Positions 26,307 to 39,547 of a stretch of DNA of 64,000 nucleotides are shown in pieces. Both the position numbers and the translations under genes were made by a program. Origin of the DNA: Tubulanus polymorphus (lineage: Eukaryota; Animalia; Nemertea). The notes below the pieces were generated by a model. That model had not been told where the DNA came from. It did not search any database and was given only the letters and a program-made list of their open reading frames with translations. The DNA lies in contig NC_134032.1 in NCBI RefSeq assembly GCF_964204645.1, positions 11,582,275-11,646,274 of the forward strand, given 5' to 3'. Numbering within the stretch: the stretch's first letter is position 1; the number at the start of each line of letters is the position of its first letter.

Positions 26307-26506
26307 GTAATGTACTTAGGTCTATTTTAATTTGTCTGGGGTCAATTTTTCTAGGATTTTGCTTAATTTTTTTTTTCTAGGATTTTGCTTAATTTTTTGA
26401 ATGCGCACCTCAAATTGGTCACGACCAGTAAAACTGCGCATTCCAAATGAACCATTGTGGTATTGAAAAATTTATAAATTTTTCCATTTTTCTGTGAATT
26501 TTTTAG

Positions 26507-26964
26507 ATGTCTCGCAGAAGAAATTCAGACCCACGAAGAATTCTACACCTGCAAAAAATGATCCAGCTTTAAGCGACCCAATCAACCGCGATGGTCCAAC
26601 CCGATTAAAACCACACGTTTGTACCGAGTGCAAAAAAGGTTTTGGGCACTTGGGCAGTTTAAATCGTCACCGAAAAACTGTTCACATGGGAGTTAAACAC
26701 GTTTGTACCGTGTGCAAAAAAAGTTTTACACAATCTGGATGGTTAAATGTTCACATGAAAACTGTTCACATGGGATTGAAACCTCATGTTTGTACCGTGT
26801 GCAAAAAAGGTTTCACACAAACCGGATGTTTAAATGTTCACATGAAAACCATTCACATGGGATTGAAACCTTATGTTTGTGCCTTGTGCAAAAAAAGTTT
26901 CAAGCAGGCTGCACATTTAAGAAATCACCTAATTACCATTCACAAGATTTCGAGTGGGTTGTGA
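26507..26964 (+). CDS. Variable terminal exon, 4 HxxxxH fingers, intact
   Basis: Acceptor aattttttag|AT GTC, phase 1. Confidence 0.85.
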
Positions 26965-29395
26965 ATTCAAATGTTCACATGAAAACCCTTCACAATATTC
27001 AGCAATAGTGACTTACACGTTGATTCCTTAAGGAGAAAATTGCTGTGATTTTTAGCTGCGCTGTAACTGAAAATAGACAGAGCTGTAAGGTTGGGGGATG
27101 AGCCAACGTCGTCCATCCTTCTGCCAGTCGTCCGGCATCAACTTGTCACATTTTTCTGCGTAACCGTATAAAGATTATGCTAGTCAGGGAATATGTTGAA
27201 AACTTTCGAATGACTTCTGGAAACTTACTTCGAAATGTTTACATTTGATACTTAAGAGAACTGAGTGCGTTTACATGACCTCATGTTCCTCTTGTTAATC
27301 CTATTAATTACAGTGGGACCTTGTCATAATGAACTCGGATACAACGATACATCGCATTAGTATTGAAATTCGTCCAAATGAGAAAATTCGATTAATTTCA
27401 TACTGGTTAAATGCACTATTGGGTTAACGAACATATTTTCTGGTCCTGTGAAGTTCGCTGTAACGAGGTTCCATTACCTTTCTGTAATTCAAACTTCTGA
27501 GAGTAAGACTCTGTCTACTGTCATATCAATAATGGTTATTTGTTGATAGCGTTTATGCGGGTTTTTTAATGAAAAAGTTGTAATAAACTGTATAGTATGT
27601 ATTGATCTTGAAAAATGTGTCTTGGTAAAGTATCATTGAAGCGTCAGTATCTTTCTGTGTAAAATTTGTAATGGAAAAAATCTCTGCAGTCTGAACCTGC
27701 AGCCCGGTCAGAGATTTGATGCTTTATCAAGATTCTTCACTAGTTTCTGTTGCGAGACATAGATAGTTTGTACGTGTAGCTTACTTCCATATTCTAAAGA
27801 GGAATATCGTAGTATTGGTAGATCTTAATGAGATACATGTAGCCTATTTAACAGTTGAGTTAAAATCATTTTATTTTCATCAAATATCATTGACTGTTCA
27901 ACTCACAATGCTGGAACCGGGTACATAGGGTGAGTTTTGATAATACAGAATTCATTTAACCTATTTCTCTATTTTAACTCTGTTAGATGTATTTTTGTAA
28001 TATATACATTTCTTAATTGTTGAATTCTATGCCTAAAAATGACACATGTAAATGAAATGTTTTTCAACGACGAGCTTTGAAAATATGGTTTTTATGATTC
28101 CATCAATTGTTGATGTATTTTTCTATTTATTTCACGCTGCTGGAAATGAGGATCATTGTCTCTAGCTTATGATCAAAGGAATGATTATCTCCAACCAAAC
28201 ATGGGATTTTGATGACAGGCTTTCATTGGTTCCTGAGCGGGGTACCGCCATCCCGGCATTCCATTCCATTCAGGTTGATCTCTGTCAATCAGTTGTCTCT
28301 TCTGATCTTTGGAAAATATCTGAAAGATTAACGTTACCGCGATACTAGCTACCCGACCTGTCGAGCTCTTACGTCAATTTCTATTTTAAATGGACGGACA
28401 TTTGGTAGCGTCAAAGCTTCAATTAAACTCAGAATTTCCCCTATTGGTGTCCAGTCATTGAGTAATTCAAAGAAGGTAGCGGTGAAATATAGCGGGTGTT
28501 TCAAAATATCATAAACAAACTGGCATATTTGTACTGTTTGTTTGCAAAAACTATGATTTGCTGTTTCGATATCGGTGTTTCAAGAATTGTTCAATTGAAA
28601 AAACCTCAGTCGGTGTCCGGCCCGCTACCAGTTGTGTGAAATATTGCCAGTCAAGTGCTGCCCCTTTATACAACATTAGCGCAAAACATAAGAACTAACT
28701 AGAATAAAAAAGTTCCTACTGTGGCATGCGAATAAATAATTAGTTCCTATATTTGCCGTCAACGATATTTTTAGCGGCAGCACTTGACGGTTGATATTTC
28801 GACCACGTTGCCCGCGACGCCGAAACTTTTGATTCCATTTAAGCTTCTTGCTTTTCACTGAGGCGAGGAGAAACGCCATACAAGTTATTGAATCAATTTG
28901 AATCTTGCTTCAGCAACGTGTTCACGAAATAACCTTTATGTTAATCGGTAAGTCCGACTGGGCTCTATCCATCGGAGGGAAACGGAAAGCCTCTAGGTAA
29001 TTAATAAACTTTTTTAAAGGTAGCAGCCTCTACTCTAGTCTACTCTAAGTGCTGGAGATAATTTAAAAATTTTGAAAAATTCCACCCTCGTGTGTTGAAT
29101 AACGGGAATACCACTATACTAGTGCGTCTACTACACTGCGGCGCGGTGTATCATTAGTTACTACTACTGTTTGACAGGTGCTGCCATCTTTCAATAGAGA
29201 TAAAAACTAATTATATCAATACACCGCAGTGCAATGTACTATCAAAATCCATAATCATCATACACCGCACCGCCGTGTAGACGCACTGAAAGGGTTAAGG
29301 GATAATCAATCTAACAGCAAGATTCCTGAATGTAAGGGATTTTAGTTCCAAAGACTGAAATGAATTTCTTCAATTTTCAGAAAGGTAACGTCAAA

Positions 29396-29543
29396 ATGTT
29401 GCTGTTGGAAGGTGTCGAGGTGCACGTACGCGAGGATGCATTTAAAAGTTGTCTGCGTCGACACATGGATTGGTTAGATGAATTAGTTATTGATGCTGAT
29501 GATAATACCTGGTTTAGATGGATGTCTCGACGTCAAACTAAAG
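29396..29543 (+). CDS. Constant exon A, unit 3 (exon starts 29381)
   Basis: 49-aa peptide; donor G|gtttgt. Confidence 0.88.
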
Positions 29544-29867
29544 GTTTGTCTCCAAAAATATTACCTCAAAATTTATCACTTTTGATCCCTGGAAGGATGA
29601 TTGGTTAAATCTTAAGAACGCTCTTTAATGGGACTGCGGGGTATCGGGTTACTTTGAAACTACACCAGGTAGAATTATTCATGGAATCCTTAAAAAGGTG
29701 GTAGGGGTAGAAACTGGCATAAATCTTGCATGTTAACTATTGAAAGCGTAGCATCGGAAATAATAGAACTAAGTGATAATAATAGATTCATTGAAATGTG
29801 AAGGGTTAAAGTTGTCTAGATATTGATACGTTCCCTGTAGAGGTTTTGTTATCTATTGTGTTTGCAG

Positions 29868-30516
29868 ATCAGAGAAGAGAACCTCAAATACATCAAATGT
29901 CCGGAGATGGAAACGCGATTCACATCGACGAGAATCAACCAAAAACCCGACAAAAAAGACAATTTGAAGTTCAAAGTAACGTTTTAAAAGCTGCGAAACG
30001 TCACAGAGGAGCAGCAGCTGTACTGGGGACGTTACCGCAACAACAACAATCACAAACAATGACCGCCAGCAGTGGTAATCTCGATACTCGGTTTCAACAA
30101 CAGAGGACGCCACTGTTTACTAGGAAAACATCAACCGTTGAACCAGCTCCATCTGGTGTTGAATCACCGATAATATTGTTACAATCGGCAACGGACTTGA
30201 AACCATCGGTTACCAATGTCGTATCGCAGCAACAATTGAATGGATCGGAGAATGTTGTGTCATCGACGGCAACGGCTCCGGTCATTTCCGCTCCACCATT
30301 CAAACAATTAGAACTGGCTAACAGCGCCGCCAGTGGTGAAAAAGTGGAAAAATATAGCGAACAATTAAGAGCTACAAATACTGCTACGCTTCCATTTCAA
30401 CAATCACATGATAACCAAGGTTACGGCAGCGTTAAAAAGGAACCGATAAAAATTGAACCGATTGAAACATCGTCAGGAAGCGACGATGATGAAGATTATT
30501 CAACTCAACAGATCGT

Positions 30517-30549
<33 letters not shown>

Positions 30550-30590
30550 TGATCCACAACCGGGAACCAGTGGAGCTTTTGATCAATCAG
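29868..30590 (+). CDS. Constant exon B, unit 3 (in-frame deletions, expanded polyQ)
   Basis: tttgcag|AT CAG ... tcaG|gtaggt; (caa)n at ~30518-30548. Confidence 0.87.
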
Positions 30591-30895
30591 GTAGGTGTAA
30601 ACAGCCATTTTAACTATTCACTTGTCAAGTTTTCGAAAACCACATGTTCAAAAAAGCATCGGCTTGCCATTAATACAGTTTTGCAATCCAGTTTGACCAT
30701 GTTCATTGAATTCTGAATTTTGAAGGTTGTTTGAGTTATATTTCCTATTTTTTGAAATAAAAGTATCTGACTTTCATTTAACATCGACGGATAATTTCTT
30801 TTGTGGATCTGTGGTTTTCGGGGGCACATCCACGTTGATCACTAGATCCCAGTGTTACGCATGCAGGACAAGCTGCTGTATTGCCAAATGGACTA

Positions 30896-30967
30896 GTTCT
30901 ATTGGTTTCCTGGTTAGCACGCTTGCTTTCTACGTACGAGACCCAGGTTCAATCCCCGGTGAGAGTG
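30896..30967 (+). pseudogene. tRNA-derived sequence (tRNA pseudogene or SINE head)
   Basis: A-box-like tggtttcctggttagc and B-box ggttcaatccc at tRNA spacing; stems poorly paired. Confidence 0.55.
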
Positions 30968-31399
30968 TGTGTTTTCACTGTCACGTTTCTTAGTTGTTAT
31001 ACTGTATTGGTGAACAGAACATCCTCTGGTAAACACTAATCTCGGCAAACACAAATCTTGAAGATTTTAAGCGTTTTTAAATGTTCCAGCTAATTTTAGC
31101 GAATATTTCATATAACTAAGTCACTTGAAATTTTCTTTGACAAAATGTAGTGGAAATAGTCGCTAATCTCGATTTATGAACTGAGGGTTTTTACGTACTG
31201 GTAATGGTATGTAGGCCTACCTACTTCGTGCACTGGTTCCACAGGCTAGGCTTTATCAGACTAGGGGATTTTGATTTTTGAAGTCAAGAGTTTTGAGTGC
31301 TGCAGTGGAGCTGGGCTGACAAGTGTTTTTATTTTCACCAAATTGTTAAATTCTCTAAAAAATATCCAAATAATCAGAAATATATTTTAAAAAATACTG

Positions 31400-32131
31400 A
31401 TGTGCCATGAATTGAAAACTTGGTTCGATTGTATAAGTGCTGAAGGTCAACTTATACTGACGATAAGCAGTGATGCTAGAAAACACAAATGTCGATATTG
31501 CGATATGATATTTGACCGGTTTGATCGAAAATTGAAGCGACACGAGCGAATTCACACCGGCGAAGTGGTGTTTAAATGTCCGACGTGCGAGAAATGTTTC
31601 GTACAGTTCGCAGGCTGTAAACAGCACATAGAAGCGGTTCATTGCGATGAATCCAATGACAAACCGTTGATATGTTCGATGTGCACGAAACGTTTTTCGA
31701 AGAACTCATGCCGCAATCGGCACATAAAATGCGTTCATACCGAGGAACAATTTAAACCGTTTAAATGCGAGTCGTGCGACAGGGAGATAGATTGTCACGA
31801 GGAATGGGCGCGACACGAGTTGACGCACTTCCAGGGTGGAAAACCGTTCGAATGCGCGATGTGCAAGGAACGTTTTCCGCATAAATCAATGCGTAAACTC
31901 CACATGAAACGCTCTCATAACAGTAAAAAACTGTTGAAATGTCTGATTTGTGGCGAAGACATGAAATCTCGAGATGAATTGAAGAAACACGAGATATTAC
32001 ACTTGCGTGTTAGACTATTCAAATGTTTCACGTGCGAGCAACGTTTTCCGTGTGAACGTGCGCGCCAAGTCCACACGGAAAGCATTCATATAATCGAAAC
32101 TGAATCAATTCCTAGATTTGATGTTATTTGA
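31400..32131 (+). CDS. Variable-type ZnF exon, 7 fingers, open frame but acceptor AG mutated
   Basis: tgtataa|GT GCT where paralogs have tttatag/tttgtag|GT; in-frame ATG at 31400 lies in ex-intronic sequence. Confidence 0.6.
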   Translation: MCHELKTWFDCISAEGQLILTISSDARKHKCRYCDMIFDRFDRKLKRHERIHTGEVVFKCPTCEKCFVQFAGCKQHIEAVHCDESNDKPLICSMCTKRFSKNSCRNRHIKCVHTEEQFKPFKCESCDREIDCHEEWARHELTHFQGGKPFECAMCKERFPHKSMRKLHMKRSHNSKKLLKCLICGEDMKSRDELKKHEILHLRVRLFKCFTCEQRFPCERARQVHTESIHIIETESIPRFDVI

Positions 32132-32361
32132 AATGGATCATCCTTGGTTATTTAATTTTCTAGGCCTACTTCACATTCCATTTTTAGTTATTTCAGAATC
32201 AAACTCGTTCAATTAGTAATTTTGATATAAAAAGGGAGTTTTAGAAAGGAATTTCATAGTACTCCTGTATATAGTAAATATTTTTCTTTTCTAAGATGAT
32301 TGAGTTTCTTGAATTCTTTTTAGTAGGTACATGTACCAATGACAGTGTTTGAGAGTAATAT

Positions 32362-34203
32362 TGTGGCGAAAATGGACCCTGTTTCTGTTTAATACCTCTG
32401 GTTCATTTTTGTTTCTGCACCTCATCCTTTCCTCCGATATCTCCGAGTGGGGCGTATTTATTTGTATATGTATCTGTTTTCGATGGTTTAAATTTGTAGT
32501 CTAAAAATTTGGACACTGTAAAGGTTTTCGGGCGTCTCGTTACGGTCTATTCGCGTTCGGGTTGGGGTTTGGATCGGTTTCTGTCGGGAAATAGCACGAT
32601 CACATCTTTTTATTCAGCTTTTATCGTAAATTCGCGCTATAACATTCAAGTTACTTACCTGTAGTCTATTCTTTTGATATCGTTTTTTACTTTAGAACTG
32701 CCGTTTGGTAATGTCATAATCCTATTTTCATCATATTTACATAGTTTGATTTGTTTTCTTCGGTTTCCAGGCGGCTTACTATTCTTGCGCGCGTACATCA
32801 AACTCGGGTTTGATATTCGAATTTCGTTTTTATCCTCTTTAATGTATTCTTTTGGTATTTTTTAGCGCGTGTATTGACTATATTTAATTTCTGGGAGCAT
32901 TAATCTTCCTGTTAACTATTTTATTCGCGTTCTATTTAGTGCGCGCTCTTGGCCTACTTCGCGCGTAGTGATATCACTACTGGCCAATGAGCGCACTCGG
33001 ATTCCTATAAAAGGCGGGTCGTTCGAGCGTGTCGGGCATTCCGATCTTTAGTATCATTACGCGTCACACGCAGAATTCCGACTTCACTATTGACTTTGCT
33101 ATCGAGAACATAAATTATATATAAGACGTAAGAGATTGATCCTTCCTATCTCGCCTTCGGGTTGGATATGATCATCTTGTCCAACCCGAAGGAAGCAAAT
33201 TATTTATTCGCGTTAACTTACGTACGATCGTCTGGCCGAGTTTGATTTTCGGCCGAGTTTGATTTTTCGGCCGAGTTTGATGTCGCCGTTTATGACTATC
33301 TTCTAGTTAAACTTTTACCGGCCGACTGAGAGCGTCACCGATCAAGATATTTCGTCGAGCAAGCTTGTGTACATATTCGTTATCTACCCGCCGGGTGCTT
33401 CGATTTTTAAATTATTTTCTTGCCGATTTGATTCGCTCTCGGTCGGGTGATTTAAATGTAAATAAATGTATATATATATAACATATTCCGAGCGATGATT
33501 TGAGATCGTCGTTAGCACCTTTCGAGTCTCATACTGTACGCCCGAATGAGACATGCATTTTTGACGCGACCACGACGCGAGAATTTTTCGAGACGCGCCG
33601 CGAACTAAGAGAATTTAAAGATATGCTGTTAATTTTATTGACTAAGTTACATTAAATTTGAGAGTCCACGGGCTCTTATCTTATGACGATTTATATAAGT
33701 CTTATATCTTCGTCTTTTCTGAACGAGGAGAGGAGTTCCGCCGCTATTTTTCACCTCAGTGCCAATCTATTATTATTCGTCTTTATGAGAGGACCAGTTC
33801 GATCAGGGACGTGTCAGCAGTAGTTAGATGGAGACCATCAATCGAGGATCTGAACCCTCAGTCCTTTATTGACTGATGGCCTTCATCCGGGGGTAGTCAT
33901 GACAGAGGGTCATACGTAGAGAACGGTAGATGTTGGGGAGAACTAGGTTCGAACCCGAGCGAAATCCTGGCCAGGTAGTCGCCTACTTGGATGCTGAGCC
34001 CTGATCATGGAATGAGAAGGATAGATATTTATTTGACGATAATTTAGATAAGAATTAATATCTTTTCCCTGAGGAGGAATTACTTCCCCCAATATTTTCG
34101 TATAACCCGATTATATTGTTTCAGGGCGAACCCTAGTAGCAAACGCCTATTTTACTTATCCAACCCTATAAAGAAACACGCTACCCAGGAGAGAAACGCT
34201 ACA
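32362..34203 (+). mobile_element. Probable solo LTR (1.84 kb, Gypsy-like)
   Basis: TGTGGCG...CGCTACA ends, 4-bp TSD atat, CCAAT 32984, TATAAAA 33006, AATAAA ~33461; paralogous empty site agagtaatgcgtagattcttg at ~39161. Confidence 0.75.
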
Positions 34204-34734
34204 ATATTGTAGATTCTTGTTTTTGACAAGTCAGTATAGAACTGAAATATTTTCTACATATAATCTATTTCCCACAAAGTCTAGTTATATGTTGGCGGCA
34301 ATGTTTAGTTCATGTTATTTGAGCCGTGTTAATATATGTTTTCGAATATATGAATAGATGTAACATTCATAACCAAAATTGTCTTTGTAGAGTCTCCTTT
34401 AACTAAGTCTTTGTGGGTGGTCCTTTTTCTGAGCTCTCTATCCCTGGTTGATGGCTTGAATCGTTAGAAAGAGTTTATTCTTGGAAATGTCGATTGTCAT
34501 GCTGTAGGTTTCCTCCAGCACTTTAGGATAAAAATTATGAAAGGAATAAGTTTATTATATTGAATTGCTATCGAGGGACATGGAACCTTGACCGACAAAT
34601 GTTCTTGCGAAAAAAAAAGATTTACGAAATTATTCTCCCCGCAAACGAAAAGGATTGATTGTTGTTGTTAGACTCGGACGCCATCTATTAGTCATTACTG
34701 AAATTATAACGAAGGTTCTCATGGCTTTTTGTGG

Positions 34735-35010
34735 GTGGCCGAATCACCGTGCCACCTCTATTGCCATGGGAACCGCTTCAATATGAAGGAGTTACCATTG
34801 AAGCAAGTTGTACTAACAAGTACTGACTTACTGGATCCAAGTGGACCAATGACTGGTGGCGCCACCGTGGTGATAGTTTGAAATATGAATGCCAGTTCTG
34901 CCGTAAAGGATTTATTCGACCTTCAGATCGTACGTGACACGAGCGAATTCACACCAGTTACGAACCGTTATAATGTCCGACATGCGAGCAACAATTCAAG
35001 CGGAAATCCC
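34735..35010 (+). pseudogene. Dead paralog of variable exon 21535
   Basis: Acceptor AG lost (tttgtgg), frameshifts, tga at 34935; interrupted by a LINE fragment. Confidence 0.75.
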
Positions 35011-35325
35011 CCATTAAACTTCAAGATCCTATTGTTGGCTTAGAAATGTTTCTATCGACTGGCTCCAAAATACCTGCAAGACCTTTTATCACCTTACTCC
35101 CCGACTAGAATATTACGTTCAGCAGATGATCTTTTGCTTACTCAACCCCTCAGTCGCTGCTCCACGTTTGTGGAACAACCTTCCTCGCCATGTAAGAGCG
35201 GCTTCGAGAATCTCTGTCTTCAAGAGAAGCCTCAAAACACATTTGTTTTCACCACATTAGATTTATTCAGTAATAAAGTGTCATTGATCACTTAAGTGGA
35301 TTCTGGCACTTAAAATACCATAATG

Positions 35326-35379
<54 letters not shown>
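35011..35379 (+). mobile_element. 5'-truncated CR1/L2-group LINE 3' end with (AAT)n tail
   Basis: Translates INFKILLLA..LAPKYLQDLL..PTRILRS..PRLWNNLP..FKRSLKTHLF, typical of the L2/CR1 ORF2 C-terminus; (aat)n at 35320-35379. Confidence 0.8.
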
Positions 35380-35381
<2 letters not shown>

Positions 35382-35904
35382 CTGCACATGAAATTTGTTT
35401 GGTAAAGTGGAGCAAATAACAAGAAGATATTTTTCAACCGATGAAACTAGATATGATGATCAGAAGGATTAGCATCAACATGATTTAGGGTTGGTGGTAG
35501 GGTAGGGTTTAGGGTTCATTACTATAAGGTAGCTTAGGCTAAGGCTACATGTAGTTAAAAAATCTGTGGTTCCGGAAGCTGTGTGAAAACGTTACGCTTA
35601 CACTCTTAAGTTCAGACAGTCATTGCGCATGCGCGACAAGTCGGTTATTATAGGATCTAACTTCTACCATATTAGACATCAATTCAAGGCCATTGTTTTA
35701 AAGTTGTCTTTTGATTTTGAACTTGAAATCATTGAAAATTTATTTAAATTCGATCCCCCTGTTCGACTACAACTAAAATTCGCCTCTAGAATTTGAATTT
35801 CTGCGACAACTTTTGAACCGGAACCAGCAGGCATTTCATCGTCGGATCAGGGAATTATCACTCTGCATCAAGTATGGCAATACCAGCCCCACCTGGTGAC
35901 ACAA

Positions 35905-36090
35905 CCATGAAACATAGATGTCGGTTTTTTAGGATGCAGTTCCGAGGATTATTGATTTAACACAACAGGAACGCGTGCACACCGGCGAACGTCCGTTTAA
36001 ATGTCCGATTGTGATGTGCGATTCATGCGGAAAGCTCATCGTAAAGGCCATCTGAAACGTCGTCATAATTTCAACATGGAAACATTCGCG
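35905..36090 (+). pseudogene. Degenerate two-finger exon relic
   Basis: KHRCRF..ERVHTGERPFKCP remnants with indels. Confidence 0.6.
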
Positions 36091-36104
36091 ATTCAGGAAC
36101 TCGG

Positions 36105-36220
36105 AAACTAGCAGACTGATTTCACAAACTAGCATACTGATTCCACAAACTAGCAGACTGATTCCACAAACTAGCAGACTGATTCCACAAACTATCAGAC
36201 TGATTCCACAAACTAGCATC
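36105..36220. repeat. 21-bp minisatellite, ~5.5 copies
   Basis: aaactagcagactgattccac tandem units. Confidence 0.9.
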
Positions 36221-36350
36221 TACTGATTTTATTCGCCAATCATGTATCTATTTCATTGTTTCAGCTTTGTTGATTTAACCACAAAGTATGATGTTTGAAA
36301 TGTTGATGTGCCATAAATTAAAATCTGGATTCTCTTACGACTCTTTATAG

Positions 36351-37033
36351 GTGTCGGATACGACGTGCCGCGCGAATTATTACCTTCTGTTGAACTGAGT
36401 CGTCTGCCGATTGGAAAGGCCGACGCTCAAGGTCGATTTAGAGTAATGACAGGATGTGAAAAGTTGAACATCAAACCTGGTAGTACTAGTGGAGCCACCT
36501 ATAGATCTAAGCCTAACACGTTGATGACTGCAGATTGTACACGGCGTGAGCGAACACACACCAGTGAAAAACCGTTTAAATGTCCGACTTGTGAGAAATG
36601 TTTCGCGCTGAAATCACAGTGTAAACAGCACATGAAACTGGTTCATACAGATGAACGACCGTTTAAATGTCAGCTTTGCGATAAAAAGTTTTATTCGGCT
36701 ACAGATCATAAACGACACGAGCGCGTGCACACCGGCGAAAAACCGTTCCAGTGTCCGATGTGCGAGAAACGTTTTGCACGGACATCAAATCGTAATAAGC
36801 ACATGAAACGGGTTCATGCCGATGAAAAAGAGTTTAAATGTCAGGTTTGTGATAAAAGGTTCATTACTCCTGCAGATTGCAAACAACACGAGCGAATTCA
36901 CACCAGCGAAAAACCGTTTAAATGTCCGACGTGCGAGAAATGTTTCACAAGAAAAGATAGCTGTAAAAATCACATGAAACACATTCATAATGACACGTTC
37001 GATTCCAGATCTGACGTTCAAAATGATCATTAA
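36351..37033 (+). CDS. Variable terminal exon, 5 intact fingers
   Basis: Acceptor gattctcttacgactctttatag|GT GTC GGA, phase 1. Confidence 0.88.
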
Positions 37034-37996
37034 TCCATTTTACGTTAACTCGGACAAAATCGGACTGGCGAAGTTATTTCGAATGAAGCAAGATTTTTGA
37101 TAGAAAATTGGAAAATAATTTTGTTTTTGTCAGAGTTGGTCCAAATTAAGAGTAGGTGAGTAAATTGACATGGTTCCCACAGTATAAAAGTACAGGGAAT
37201 TTTGATATAATGATTCCCAGTTTTGAAATATTTGGGAATTTGAAGAATTTTCCTCAAATCATAGAAATAGTTGGGAAGTTCATTTACATTTCACGTATTG
37301 CATTTGCCAAGGGCAACTTTCTTCAGTGATTTCCCTCGAGAATCACCTTTATCAACCAGTCACCATTAAAATGTTTACTGTAGCATAATGTATCTGTTCA
37401 TTTCCATTTGGGAAAATTGGAAAAATCACCCGTGAAATACTTGGGAAAACCCTGGGAAATTTTAATTCATATTACTGTGGGAACCATAAGTTGAAGTCAT
37501 CCGTCCATATTTTATTATGACCAGCCTTTGCGCTTTTAATATTTGACTCATTGAAGATACAAATTTGTGGAAGTGGATTCTGATGGTGAAATATGTTCAT
37601 TTTTTACTCGAATTTACATCAATGAAAAATTAGTATCACATCTTACAAAAAACAAAGCTGAGCTTTACTGAATACAACTCATTGAATAATTATTGTGTAG
37701 CAGATCATGGACTTGCTGTTGTGTTATGCTTTCATCCCATATTGCCACTCGAAACAGAATATTTTTATAAGACTAGACAAATATGATACCTCGTTTCTCC
37801 TGATAGGCCGGGTCATTTTTGTAAACTGCAATAAAAATGGTAATAAATCAGTTCATTTCTATAATAGCCGGGTGTTAGCTTGATCATGATTTTTTAGAAA
37901 GAAGTAATGTACATGTGTGTGGGTTTCAATGTATTTGAGGTTCCAAGAGTCAAATAAATCCTAAATTAAAATCTGGATTCTCACTACTCTTTGTAG

Positions 37997-38958
37997 GTGT
38001 CGGAGACAACGTACCCCGTGAACCACTGCCGTCTGTTAGATTAAGCGGTCTGCCGTCACAGGAGGTCAGCACTGAAGGTCAATTAATACCGATGAAGAGT
38101 AGTGGGCACAACTCTGAAAAATTGACGGGTAATGAACCGATACAAACCGGCAAAAAACAGTTTAAATGTCCGAAGTGCGAGCAATGTTTCGGGCAGTCTA
38201 AAAGCTGTAAACAGTACTTGGAAGATACTCATGAAAGACCACTTAAATGTTCGATGTGCGAGAGGCGTTTTCTAACCAGCTCAAAGCGTAGTAAGCACAT
38301 GAAAAGCGATCATAGGAATGAAAAATTTAAATCATTTAAATGTGAGGTTTGCGATGAAGAGATTACAACTCGCACGAATTGGGAGCAACACGAGCGTAAA
38401 CACGTGGGCATATATCCGTTTAAATGTCTGATGTGCGAGCAATGTTTCACCCAGTGTAAAAGCTATAAACAGCACATGAAAATGGTTCATCCCGATGAAA
38501 ACTATGAAGAACCATTTAAATGTCCGATGTGCGAGGATTATTTTTCAAAGCGCTCAAGGCGTAATAAGCACATGAAACGCGTTCATACGAATGAAAACTT
38601 TAAACCATTTAAATGTAAGTTTTGCGATAAAGAAATAGAATGTTGCGAGAAATGGGAGCCACACGAGCGCAAACACCTGGGTGAAAATCCGTTTAAATGT
38701 CCCAGGTGCGAGAAATGTTTTCCGGATAGATCAGCGTGTAAACGACACGTGAAAACTGTTCATATAAAACCATTCAAATGTCAGTTTTGCGAAAAAGAGA
38801 TAAAATCTCACGAGGAATTGGAGAAACACGAGCGATTGCACGTGCACGCCAAACTGTTCCAATGTTTGATGTGCGAGCAACGTTTTACGCATAAACGTAG
38901 CCGCAAATTCCACATGAAAAGCATTCATAAAATCGAACCAAACACAAGCAATGACTAG
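37997..38958 (+). CDS. Variable terminal exon, ~9 fingers (first one degenerate)
   Basis: Acceptor gattctcactactctttgtag|GT GTC GGA, phase 1, open into ORF 38092. Confidence 0.88.
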
Positions 38959-39378
38959 ATTCGATGTTTAGTTGAAATGGCTCATCAGCGATTAACACGA
39001 CATTCGATTTTAAAGTTATTTCAAAATCGAATGTGTTCAAGTAGTAATTTCGAGGTAATATAAAAAGGGAGTTTAAGTTAGGAATTTCATGTTAACCACT
39101 TCTGAAATTTTCTTTTCAAGGATGATTTTTTTAATCGTTGGTACAAAAAAACAATTTTTGAGAGTAATGCGTAGATTCTTGTTTTTGAGCTGTAAAGAAC
39201 TGAGAAGAGTTTTTTTCTGCATAATAATCTTATTTTTTGTGAATACTTGTTATTTGACGGTAAAATTGTGTTCATGTTATTCAAGAGACGTAACGATAGA
39301 ATAAATAAATAGATATTAGATTCATAACCAAATTTCGATTGTTTATTTTTTTTGTGAGCTCTCCATTCCTGATTGATA

Positions 39379-39547
39379 CAGTAGACTCCGCCTAACTCGG
39401 TTCTATTTGGTCCATAATTTTTTTACCGAGTTAACCGAATACTGACTTAGAGATCGGGGAATTATAGGATTTTTATGTCAGGGATCAGAAAATATGTATG
39501 GAATTTCACCGACGCAGCTTGTTTACCAAGTAGGGCGGAATCTACTG
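39379..39547. mobile_element. Tc1/mariner-pogo-like MITE (paralog ~47927-48105)
   Basis: TA|cagtagactccgcc ... ggcggaatctactg|TA. Confidence 0.7.

Noticed and set aside
30896-30967. Functional tRNA gene
   Set aside because: Acceptor and anticodon stems pair poorly and no T-run terminator follows directly; treated as a tRNA-derived relic
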